Assembly: GCA_009839485.1 (NCBI GenBank)
Contig: VXPQ01000053.1
Location: forward strand, 12,060 to 76,059
Source: Bacteroidetes bacterium SB0662_bin_6
GTDB lineage: Bacteria > Bacteroidota > Rhodothermia > Rhodothermales > VXPQ01
DNA: 64,000 bases
Reading direction: 5' to 3'
Shown here: one piece after another, positions 28,385 to 36,744 of the stretch
Layout: each line of letters starts with the position of its first letter
Numbering within the stretch: the first letter of the stretch is position 1
The notes under the pieces: model-generated
Seen by the model: the letters and a program-made list of their open reading frames with translations, nothing else
What the model was told of the DNA's origin: nothing
Database searches by the model: none
Program-made: the position numbers and the translations under genes

Positions 28385-28804
28385 TTACATGATCGGATAG
28401 GACAAGGCATCCAGCAGCGAGACGGAGGGCAGTCCGAACACTGCTTCTACAAAAGACGAAGCAGCGCCCAGCGACTGGTACGTGATTGCATTGTATACTC
28501 CGAACGCAACCGCCGCAACGAGACTCGCCGTCGCCGCTCGCAGAAATACCCATTGCAGCCCGTGGTAAAGCGACTCGCCCGGTTCCTGCTCAACGCCTTG
28601 CAAGCGCCGCATCACCCGTTCGTTGAAATACGGCCCAAAGGATTCCGCCCGGGTCGTCCGGAGCGCGCCCTGCAGCGTACGAAGCGTATAAAGGGCTTCC
28701 CGCAGGGAAGTCTCCCCTGCAAGGCGCTCGTCCATGTCGCGACGATCCGCAGCGGACAAATCGCCTTCGATATATCGCAATAATTTCTCGTGATCCGTGA
28801 GCAT
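28385..28804 (-). CDS. putative anti-sigma factor (membrane-anchored)
   Basis: Starts 14 nt after the ECF sigma stop. The N-terminus (LLRYIEGDLSAADRRDMDERLAGETSLREAL) is typical of anti-sigma N-terminal domains. It has a C-terminal hydrophobic segment. Confidence 0.6.
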   Translation of the reverse strand: MLTDHEKLLRYIEGDLSAADRRDMDERLAGETSLREALYTLRTLQGALRTTRAESFGPYFNERVMRRLQGVEQEPGESLYHGLQWVFLRAATASLVAAVAFGVYNAITYQSLGAASSFVEAVFGLPSVSLLDALSYPIM

Positions 28805-28818
28805 CGCACCCTATGTGT

Positions 28819-29394
28819 TTACGGATTTTCCAGAAGCAACGGGCCAAGCAAGCCCTTGAGCCGCTCCAGCGCCCGCGACAAGCGGGACATGACCGTACCT
28901 TCCGGAACATTCAGCATGGCAGCCGTTTCCCGGGTCGAATACCCTTCGAGCATACGCAGCACCACGACAGCGCGCTGCTCAGGATTTATTTGTCCCAGGG
29001 CAGCATGCACAAGGCGCTTACGCTCCCGTGCATCGATCGCATCGCCCTCTTTCACAACCGGTTCCAGCAATTCCAATGCTTCCTGATCGGGCCGAACGAA
29101 CCGTTCTCTCCACCGCTTACGCTGTTTCAACGCCTTGAGCGCCTGATTAATCGCGATCCGCACAATGTACGTACCGAGGGCGGCATCCCCCCGATACTTG
29201 TGGAGATAGGTATGGAGACGAATGAACGTCTCCTGCCCCACATCGTCTGCCTCAGGGCATCTTCCCATCATGCCGATCACCGTCGCAGCCACTTGTCCCT
29301 CATATCGGTGTATGATCTGCTCGAATGCGAGCGCGTCTCCATCCCGGGCACGCTCCACTAATTCCTGGTCCGTAGGCCCCGCCGCATGCGGCAT
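28819..29394 (-). CDS. ECF-type RNA polymerase sigma-70 family factor
   Basis: Region 2 (DDVGQETFIRLHTYLHKYRG...LGTYIVRIAINQALK) and region 4 HTH (VVVLRMLEGYSTRETAAMLNVPEGTVMSRLSRA). Start set to ATG 29394. Confidence 0.9.
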   Translation of the reverse strand: MPHAAGPTDQELVERARDGDALAFEQIIHRYEGQVAATVIGMMGRCPEADDVGQETFIRLHTYLHKYRGDAALGTYIVRIAINQALKALKQRKRWRERFVRPDQEALELLEPVVKEGDAIDARERKRLVHAALGQINPEQRAVVVLRMLEGYSTRETAAMLNVPEGTVMSRLSRALERLKGLLGPLLLENP

Positions 29395-29595
29395 AACGTA
29401 TTCGTGCGGTTCGTCCCGAACAGTCCTTATTGCCGTGCTCACACGTAGCCGACGCACAAGACGCATAAACGGTGCGCACTTGTTTGACCCCTACGGGCAA
29501 GCATTCATTCCATCTACCCGATGCAGATTTTTCGATACTCCTTTAAAAATGTCCTCGCAGCATTCCGGAAGAGCCGGCGCACAAAACAAATATCG

Positions 29596-32500
29596 TCAGG
29601 ATGTCGAATTTTCCAGACAGGCACGCACTACCTCTGCCGTCGAGGAAAGTGCCTCGTCCAGTTTTTCCGGACGGCGCCCCCCTGCGGTAGCCAATTCAGG
29701 ACGCCCTCCACCCCCGCCGCCCACGATGCGGGCAAGCCGCCCTACCAGATCGCCTGCCTTCAACACACCCGGCCGGATGACATCATCGGATACCACCGCG
29801 GCAAGGTATACCTTGTCTCCCTCGGAATCCGGAGCGCCCAGTACTGCCACGGAAGATTCGCCCATGCGCTCACGCATTGTTTCCGCCAGGCTGCGCAACA
29901 TATCCATCGACACCGGTTCCACCCGGCCTGTTATTACACGAATCCCCTCGACCTCACGTCCCTTCTCAAGAAAATCCTCCAATTGTCCGGCAAGCGCCTG
30001 CTCCCGGTGCCTCTCCACTTCGCGCCGGAGACGTTTGTTCTCCGCCACCAGTCGGGCAATTTCCTCCGAGGCCGGACGTTGTACAGACCCGATTTGCTCC
30101 CGGACGCCCACCAACTCTTTCCGTTCCTGTTCGATTACACCCAGCGCCTGCTCGCCAACCACAGCCTCCAGACGTCGTATTCCTGCCGCAACCGATCCCT
30201 CCGACAAAAAACGAAAAACACCCAACTCGCCTGTGGCGCGGACATGCGTGCCGCCGCACAATTCAACGGACAAGGCCGGATCGAACGTAACGATGCGTAC
30301 GCGATCGTCGTATTTCTCTCCAAAGAGCGCTATGGCGCCCCGAGCCTGCGCCTCCGCCATCGGCACATCGAATTCGATACGCGCCGGCACATCACGCTGG
30401 ATTACCTCGTTGATTCTCGCCTGTACGGCCTCCAGCATTTCCGGCGCCACGCGCTCATAATGGCTAAAGTCGAAACGCAATCGGTCGGGAGCCACGAGCG
30501 ATCCCCGTTGCTGTACATGCTCGCCCAGCACCTCACGCAGCACCGCATGAAGCAAATGTGTCGCAGTATGGTGTTTTGCGATGCGGAGTCTACGATCCGC
30601 ATCCACCGCCGCATGCACCAGCGCAGAGGGGTCGTCCGGCAAGCGGTCGACGCAGTGCACAATGCGGTGCTGGTGTTTTTTCGTATCCAGCACCCGGATC
30701 TGCTCCCCCCCTACATCCAGTATGCCCGTATCTCCTACCTGCCCGCCGCTTTCTCCATAAAAAGGCGTACGATCAAGTACGATTTCACACTGTACACGAG
30801 CGGCCTGACGGGCTCTTTTTTCTTCATCTTTACCGTTCACCTCCAGCGAAACAGCTCGCATCGCAGCAATGCGGACATCCGTTGCTTCCAGAGTAGTGTA
30901 CCCGACGAACAGCGAATCCCCGGGCACAAAATCATCGCCCGACACGAATACCTGCCATGCTTCTTCCGTATCCGCGGCCATCCGGAACGAGGCGCCCGCA
31001 CGGGCACGTTCCTTCTGCATCTCCATGAGTTCCTCGTACCGCGCAATATCCTCGTCATGCACCACAAGGCCCTTCTCGCGCGCCATGAGTTGCGTCAGGT
31101 CCACAGGAAACCCGTACGTATCATGCAGCAGAAAAATGATCTCTCCGGGAATACGTCCACCCGTTGCCGCAAAGATGAATACCCTGTATGCCTCGTATCC
31201 CGGCCTTTTTCCGAACGCCTTCTGAAGGATATCCAGCATCTTCCGGTCAGAACCCAGTAAGCTGAGCACTTTCTGCGCAGCGGACTTCGTTTCCCTGACA
31301 CGACGGTACCCCTTGCCGGAATAGTCCATCCTCGCCCTGCTGTTTACCGTATGGATGGATACCCCCTCTCGGGCCGCTACTTCCTGAACTGCATGTTCGG
31401 ACTCCTTGATGGCATCGGCCAATGCCTTGACATGGTTCGCGATGTACTCGAAGAAATCGATGCCCGTACCGAGCGTTCGCAGGAAGTGCTCCTCTTCGGC
31501 CCGCGTGACGCGTTCTATATGTTCGCGGTGGGTGCGCAATTCCGGGAAAGAATCGCCCATTTTTTCGGCGAGCGGCAGGATGAGCCGGTGAACGAACGGC
31601 TCCCTCATCCCTAACGCCTGATAGCCGAATCGCACAGCCCGGCGCAGAATACGCCGGATCACATAGGAACGCCCCACATTGCCCGGGGCCACCCCGTCAG
31701 CTATGGCGAAAGCGATCGTGCGCACATGGTCGGCTACAACACGCATCGCTACGCGGCACCGCTCGCGCTCCGCCTCGTCGGCAATATCGATGTCGTCGTA
31801 GGATACAATTTCCTCGCGAGGCGACAATGCCGCCACGCCGGCAAGAAGCGATGCAAACAGATCCGTATCGTAATTCGACCGTTTCCCCTGCAGCACCGCC
31901 ACCAACCTCTCGAGCCCCAGTCCTGTATCCACATGCCGGGCCGCAAGCGGCTCGAGCGACCCGTTAGCCAGCGCGTTGTACTGGATGAACACGAGGTTCC
32001 ACAGTTCTATCACCTCCGGGTGATCTGTGTTGACCAGTTCCCTGCCGGGCACGGCCCGGCGCGCCTCGTCCGAACGCATATCGATATGGATTTCCGAGCA
32101 GGGCCCGCACGGACCCTCGTCACCCATCATCCAGAAATTGTCTTTCGAGCTTCCGTAGAGGATGTGATCCGGATGGATGTCCGTTTCGGACTTCCACAGC
32201 GCAGCCGCTTCCGAGTCGGGCGGCAGATCCAATGCCTCATCGCCCTCATGCACCGTAGCATACAACCTGTCCGGAGCCAACCCGAATACGTCCACGAGTA
32301 ATTCCCAGGCCCACCCGATGGCTTCTTGCTTGAAATAGTCGCCGAACGACCAGTTGCCCAGCATCTCGAAAAACGTATGGTGATACGTATCGAGACCTAC
32401 CTCTTCGAGATCGTTATGCTTTCCGGATACCCGGAGACATTTCTGGGTGTCCGCAGCACGGCGGTAGTCCCGCTCGCCCGTTCCGAGAAAAACATTCTTG

Positions 32501-32646
32501 AACTGGTTCATCCCGGCATTCGTGAAGAGCAGTGTGGGGTCCCCGTGAGGCGCCAGTGAATCGCTCGGCACGATCTCATGCCCCCGATCCCGGAAAAAAT
32601 CGAGGAAGGCGCTGCGAATATCGTTGGAAGAAAGCAGATCGGGCAT
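29596..32646 (-). CDS. alaS: alanyl-tRNA synthetase (1016 aa, with an internal insertion)
   Basis: MPDLLSSNDIRSAFLDFFRDRGHEIVPS, FTNAGMNQFK, the editing-domain motif HHTATHLL...CGGTH, and the C-terminal GGGGGGRPELA. The track's 55-aa N-terminal extension overlaps mpg and is rejected. Confidence 0.95.
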   Translation of the reverse strand: MPDLLSSNDIRSAFLDFFRDRGHEIVPSDSLAPHGDPTLLFTNAGMNQFKNVFLGTGERDYRRAADTQKCLRVSGKHNDLEEVGLDTYHHTFFEMLGNWSFGDYFKQEAIGWAWELLVDVFGLAPDRLYATVHEGDEALDLPPDSEAAALWKSETDIHPDHILYGSSKDNFWMMGDEGPCGPCSEIHIDMRSDEARRAVPGRELVNTDHPEVIELWNLVFIQYNALANGSLEPLAARHVDTGLGLERLVAVLQGKRSNYDTDLFASLLAGVAALSPREEIVSYDDIDIADEAERERCRVAMRVVADHVRTIAFAIADGVAPGNVGRSYVIRRILRRAVRFGYQALGMREPFVHRLILPLAEKMGDSFPELRTHREHIERVTRAEEEHFLRTLGTGIDFFEYIANHVKALADAIKESEHAVQEVAAREGVSIHTVNSRARMDYSGKGYRRVRETKSAAQKVLSLLGSDRKMLDILQKAFGKRPGYEAYRVFIFAATGGRIPGEIIFLLHDTYGFPVDLTQLMAREKGLVVHDEDIARYEELMEMQKERARAGASFRMAADTEEAWQVFVSGDDFVPGDSLFVGYTTLEATDVRIAAMRAVSLEVNGKDEEKRARQAARVQCEIVLDRTPFYGESGGQVGDTGILDVGGEQIRVLDTKKHQHRIVHCVDRLPDDPSALVHAAVDADRRLRIAKHHTATHLLHAVLREVLGEHVQQRGSLVAPDRLRFDFSHYERVAPEMLEAVQARINEVIQRDVPARIEFDVPMAEAQARGAIALFGEKYDDRVRIVTFDPALSVELCGGTHVRATGELGVFRFLSEGSVAAGIRRLEAVVGEQALGVIEQERKELVGVREQIGSVQRPASEEIARLVAENKRLRREVERHREQALAGQLEDFLEKGREVEGIRVITGRVEPVSMDMLRSLAETMRERMGESSVAVLGAPDSEGDKVYLAAVVSDDVIRPGVLKAGDLVGRLARIVGGGGGGRPELATAGGRRPEKLDEALSSTAEVVRACLENSTS

Positions 32647-32734
32647 GACAGAGCAGGCGAAAGACGCCATGCATTGACAGTTCACGAATCGCAAATGAAC
32701 GAAGGGAAAGGCGCAATGTGCCCAAACCCGCGCA

Positions 32735-33385
32735 TTAGGGCCTGCTGCGTTTCCGCGCCTGGACAATATCGCTGGGCACGCCGCGCGATACATACGGATT
32801 GTCCGGCACATAAAAGCGCCAGGGTAATTCGGCGCCCCGGGTGATACCGATGCGGCACGACGTCTCGACGGCAGGATGTCCTGTGGCGCCGGATTCTATC
32901 ACACACAGGGGCGGCTTCGTAACGGAAGTATTGTGCAGGGCCCCGGCAATAGCAAAGGCCTGGGCCAGTTTTCCGGGGCCGTTCGCAAGATCAATGTCGC
33001 TGCGCGCCGATACCCGCCGCTCGTACATGGAGTCAATGCCCCGAAGCGGTTCCGCGGCGCGCAAAAGCACGCCGCCGCCGATTCCTTCCCGCTCCGTCAC
33101 CACATTCATCAGCCAGTGCACTCCATACGTCAGGTATACGTACGCCGTGCCGGGCTTACCGAACAGATCGCGTCCGCGGCCTTCCGGCTTGAGCAACCCG
33201 GTTTCCCGGTCAAGAATACCCCATCCATGGAACGCGGGATCGTCCTGCGTATAGGCTTCCGTTTCCACGATACGGCCGGAGAGTTCCGTGCCGTCGTCCA
33301 GCACACGCACAAGATGCTTGCCGATCAGGTCGCGCGCTACCTCGAGCGTGGGCCGCTCGTAAAATTTTTCCGGCAGTATGTGCAT
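32735..33385 (-). CDS. mpg: DNA-3-methyladenine glycosylase (Mpg/AAG family)
   Basis: FYERPTLEVARDLIGKHL, IVETEAYTQDDPAFH, GTAYVYLTYGVHWLMNVV and GPGKLAQAF. Confidence 0.9.
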   Translation of the reverse strand: MHILPEKFYERPTLEVARDLIGKHLVRVLDDGTELSGRIVETEAYTQDDPAFHGWGILDRETGLLKPEGRGRDLFGKPGTAYVYLTYGVHWLMNVVTEREGIGGGVLLRAAEPLRGIDSMYERRVSARSDIDLANGPGKLAQAFAIAGALHNTSVTKPPLCVIESGATGHPAVETSCRIGITRGAELPWRFYVPDNPYVSRGVPSDIVQARKRSRP

Positions 33386-33499
33386 TTTTGGTGTAACCCC
33401 TGACCGAATGTTCCGTAATCAAGGTAAACGCCCACTAATAATATAGGGGTTGCCTTATAGCGCGTTTCCCGATCTTCCCGTAACAAAACACAGATTCCC

Positions 33500-34615
33500 A
33501 TGCATTCCGCATTCCGTATAGCAGGCATCGGCGCCGGCGCATTGCTGCTTCTTGCCGTGACCGGAGCCACGTTGTTCCACCATGCCGAATTCGCCCCGCG
33601 CACCAGTCCGAACAGCCCGGACCGGATCGGCGACCGGGCTGAAGAGGAAATGATCAACGAGACATTCTCCGTGCAGCCGGGAGAACAATTGCTGGTGGAT
33701 GTGATCCACAGCGACATCCATATCGAAAAAGCGAGGGGCAGTGAAGCGCGCATTCGCATCACGCTTGAAGGCAGGGAAATAAATGACCAGGCACACGACT
33801 TCTTCGAGTACCTGAACTTCGAGGTGGGACAAACGGACGGGAAACTGTTTGTCCGTACGGACCCGAAGGGCAATTGGAGTTGGCGCCGAAGTGGCTGGCG
33901 TATGCGCGCAGGCGTCCATGTGTATATTTCCGTGCCGGAGATGTTTGACGCCAAAATGGATGTAGCCCATGGTGATGTGGACATCGATGCCCTGAAAGGC
34001 GCCCTGAACGTAGACCTTGCCCATGGAGACCTGGATGCCGAATCGCTAAGCGGTTCCTCATTGTCCATGGACATAGCGCACGGTGACGTGCAAACCAGCC
34101 AGTTGGGTAGTGAGCGCATCCGGTTGGCCTTGCAACATGGCGATCTGTCCACACATCGGATCGACGCAACCGATGTCGAGCTATCTACCGCGCACGGCGA
34201 TCTCGATATAGACTATGCGACCGCAGAAACCATTCGCATCCGTACGACGCACGGCGATCTGGCCATGAACCACGTTACTGCCGGGCAAATCGATGTAGGA
34301 GCATCCCACGGAGACATTGATGTCTACGAAATGGACGGCTATCCACGTATGGAAGTGCGGCATGGAGACATCAGCCTGCATTTTCTCCAGGCGGCGGGCG
34401 GCAATTTCAGCACTGCGCATGGAGATATCGACTTGTCCGCTCCGGAACGCACAGCGCTTGACGTCGATTTGAAGGCCTCCGACGTCTCCATGGACCATGC
34501 CTTCCAATTCGAGGGAACGCGTAAGGAAAAAGAAGTACAGGGGCGTGTGAATGGAGGCGGCCCCGAACTGTATGCCCGGGCATCGCATGGGGAAGTTGCT
34601 CTCCGGACAAGGTAG
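33500..34615 (+). CDS. DUF4097 (putative adhesin / beta-helix) repeat protein
   Basis: N-terminal TM/signal segment, then about 10 repeats built on the (A/T/S)HGD(I/V/L) motif (AHGDVDIDAL, AHGDLDAESL, AHGDVQTSQL, QHGDLSTHRI, and so on). Confidence 0.8.
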   Translation: MHSAFRIAGIGAGALLLLAVTGATLFHHAEFAPRTSPNSPDRIGDRAEEEMINETFSVQPGEQLLVDVIHSDIHIEKARGSEARIRITLEGREINDQAHDFFEYLNFEVGQTDGKLFVRTDPKGNWSWRRSGWRMRAGVHVYISVPEMFDAKMDVAHGDVDIDALKGALNVDLAHGDLDAESLSGSSLSMDIAHGDVQTSQLGSERIRLALQHGDLSTHRIDATDVELSTAHGDLDIDYATAETIRIRTTHGDLAMNHVTAGQIDVGASHGDIDVYEMDGYPRMEVRHGDISLHFLQAAGGNFSTAHGDIDLSAPERTALDVDLKASDVSMDHAFQFEGTRKEKEVQGRVNGGGPELYARASHGEVALRTR

Positions 34616-34666
34616 CCGGAAAAAACGGACTGCTTATAAGAAAGCGGGTCCCGGTCGCGGAAGGCG

Positions 34667-35140
34667 TCAGGAATAACGCACCGGCACCGTAAGGACAATG
34701 ATTGTCAGGCGGCTCACGCCAACCAGGTCCCCGGCGACATTTTCGACGCGAATCTCCCATACCTGGGTGATTCCTCCAATGTGCAGAGGCCGCGCCGTTC
34801 CCGTAACCTTACCGGGGGCAGCGACTCGCCGGATATGATTTACGGAGATATCGAGTCCGAGGCAACGCTTCCTGGACCGATCCACGCACAGATGTGCCGC
34901 TACGCTCCCAAGCGTTTCCGCAAAGGCGGCGGATGCGCCTCCATGCATGATGCCCTGGGGCTGCATGGTGCGTTCGTCTATGGGCATCGTGCCGCGCAGG
35001 AAATCAGGGCCTATCTCGGTATACTCGATGCCAAGATGCGAGGCCATCGTACCGGCAGTTATTTCGGAGAGCGCATCCAGATCGGGCTCACCGAACCAGA
35101 TGGGCGTCGCAGCGGGCTCCTGTGAGGATGGTTTACTCAT
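34667..35140 (-). CDS. PaaI-family hotdog-fold thioesterase
   Basis: HLGIEYTEIGPDFLRGTMPIDERTMQPQGIMHGGASAAFAETLGS matches the PaaI/YdiI family. Start at ATG 35140. Confidence 0.8.
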   Translation of the reverse strand: MSKPSSQEPAATPIWFGEPDLDALSEITAGTMASHLGIEYTEIGPDFLRGTMPIDERTMQPQGIMHGGASAAFAETLGSVAAHLCVDRSRKRCLGLDISVNHIRRVAAPGKVTGTARPLHIGGITQVWEIRVENVAGDLVGVSRLTIIVLTVPVRYS

Positions 35141-35184
35141 CGTTTTCCTGTCGTCGAAATCTGTACAGCAAATATCCCGCGCGA

Positions 35185-35279
35185 TGGTCCGATACACCGG
35201 CAATATTCGAACCTGACCGGCCTGGATCCACAACGGGCTGCATGTACATAGTGGATTCTACCATCCAAGCTACTTCCAC
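35185..35279 (-). pseudogene. decayed tRNA-Gly-like remnant
   Basis: The reverse complement begins GTGGAAGTAGCTTGGATGGTAGAAT. That is 19 of 23 identical to the 5' part of the adjacent tRNA-Gly (GCGGAAGTAGCTCAGTTGGTAGAGC). It contains GGTTCGAAT and ends in GGACCA, but no acceptor stem or cloverleaf can be drawn. Confidence 0.35.
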
Positions 35280-35301
35280 ATGAAACCTTTCGGCAAGGAT
35301 A

Positions 35302-35377
35302 TGGAGCGGAAGACGGGATTCGAACCCGCGACCTTTTGCATGGCAAGCAAATGCTCTACCAACTGAGCTACTTCCGC
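35302..35377 (-). tRNA. tRNA-Gly (anticodon GCC), CCA encoded
   Basis: The reverse complement reads GCGGAAGTAGCTCAGTTGGTAGAGCATTTGCTTGCCATGCAAAAGGTCGCGGGTTCGAATCCCGTCTTCCGCTCCA. Acceptor GCGGAAG pairs with CTTCCGC and the anticodon loop is TTGCCAT. Confidence 0.93.
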
Positions 35378-35470
35378 ATATACACCATTCAGGCACGACA
35401 ATCGCTCCGGAAAACGGAGCGGCGTATGCAAACGTAACGCACATACCCAGGTTCCCCGTAACGGCCCTTC

Positions 35471-35534
35471 GGAGCAAAGCAAACACTACCGAAAAAAGTA
35501 AAGGATACTCTGATCAAATCCCAGGAGCAAAGCA
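35471..35534. repeat. 11-bp direct repeat (GGAGCAAAGCA) flanking a 42-bp segment that carries the AACACTAC and AAGGATACTCTGA motifs
   Basis: The direct repeats are at 35471-35481 and 35524-35534. The interior is aacactaccgaaaaaagtaaaggatactctgatcaaatccca, which shares a 13-mer and an 8-mer with the element at 25737-25815. Confidence 0.6.
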
Positions 35535-35544
35535 GATGTTGTAG

Positions 35545-36621
35545 TTACCCTGCAACCACTTCAGCAACGGCTCCCCGTTTGGCAAGACGCCCCTGCTTGA
35601 CAAGCAATTCGGCATTCAGCACAGCTCCTCCCGCAGCGCCCCGGATCGTGTTGTGAGAAAGTACGATAAACTTTACGTCCAGCACTTCGCAGGAACGGAT
35701 ACGCCCGACAGATACCGTCATGCCCCGTCCGAGCCCGACATGGCGGCGAGGCTGGGGAAAGCGTTCGTCCTCAAACACTTCGATGAATCGTGCCGGTGCA
35801 GACGGCAGATCGTACCCGGCGATCGGCGCCCGCCAGGTGCGCAGGGCTTCCTTGACATCTTCCGCATACACCGTGCCGCGAAATTGCACGGAAACGGCTT
35901 CAAGGTGCCCCTCAAGAACCGGAACCCGGGTGCATTGGGCGCTTACGCGAAGAGCCGCCGGCTCGATGCGGCCATCTACCAGCCGACCTAACAATTTTGT
36001 CGGCTCCGTAACCACCTTGTCTTCCTCGCCACCGATATACGGGACCACATTGCCGAGGGCATCCAGTGACGACACGCCCGGATACCCTGCCCCGGAAAGC
36101 GCCTGCATGGTGACTACATGTACAGCGTCCACATCGAAACGGTCAACCAGCGGCTTGAGCGCGCACACAAGACCCACCGTGCTGCAATTCGGATTCGTGA
36201 CGATGAAACCGTCTCCACGATCCTGTCGATCGATCAGCGCGGTATGATCCGGGTTTACTTCGGGAATCAGGAGCGGAACGTCCTCCGCCATACGGTAATT
36301 GCGCGCATTCGAGATGACAGGATATCCCTCCCGCGCAAACAATGGCTCGATTTCGCCCGCCGCGGATGCATCCAGTCCGGAAAACACGAAGTCGGCCTCA
36401 AGGTCCGGCGCTGCCACCACCACCTTCATATCCGCAATGTCCGGCGAGATAGACGCCGATCCGATCCAGTTCGCGGCATCCGCGTACCGCTTGCCTGCGG
36501 AACGCTCCGATGCGGCTAATGCCGTAATCTCGAACCAGGGGTGCCCGTCAAGCACTTCGATGAATTTCTGGCCCACCGCACCGGTAGCGCCAAGAATGCC
36601 GACCTTCAGCTTTTCCTTCAT
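35545..36621 (-). CDS. asd: aspartate-semialdehyde dehydrogenase
   Basis: MKEKLKVGILGATGAVGQKF, the active-site region NPNCSTVGLVCALKPL, and LSHNTIRGAAGGA. Confidence 0.93.
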   Translation of the reverse strand: MKEKLKVGILGATGAVGQKFIEVLDGHPWFEITALAASERSAGKRYADAANWIGSASISPDIADMKVVVAAPDLEADFVFSGLDASAAGEIEPLFAREGYPVISNARNYRMAEDVPLLIPEVNPDHTALIDRQDRGDGFIVTNPNCSTVGLVCALKPLVDRFDVDAVHVVTMQALSGAGYPGVSSLDALGNVVPYIGGEEDKVVTEPTKLLGRLVDGRIEPAALRVSAQCTRVPVLEGHLEAVSVQFRGTVYAEDVKEALRTWRAPIAGYDLPSAPARFIEVFEDERFPQPRRHVGLGRGMTVSVGRIRSCEVLDVKFIVLSHNTIRGAAGGAVLNAELLVKQGRLAKRGAVAEVVAG

Positions 36622-36744
36622 ATCTCGTACCGACCAATTGCTTTCTTGCATCCGGAAGCCGCCCGGCGTGGCCTGATTGCGGCGTCCTCCGGACAAACAG
36701 CCCGTTGGCTACGGCCCCTGCGGGCCATCACAGCAACGCAGGAT

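Noticed and set aside
29395-29520. A possible autoregulated ECF promoter (GGAAT ... GTC) upstream of the sigma factor gene.
   Set aside because: The spacing between the GGAAT and GTC elements (14 or 18 nt, depending on register) does not fit the usual 16-17 nt, and the match is too short to distinguish from chance without comparative data.
32647-32811. The 55-aa N-terminal extension of the alaS ORF, which overlaps the 3' end of mpg.
   Set aside because: The conserved AlaS N-terminus (MPDLLSSNDIRSAFLDFF) begins at ATG 32646. The extension is Cys/Arg-rich junk and would overlap mpg by 77 nt. Similar extensions were trimmed for the genes starting at 8281, 10783, 24829, 27454, 29466, 35233, 36696, 41024, 45385, 50692, 51790 and 57980.
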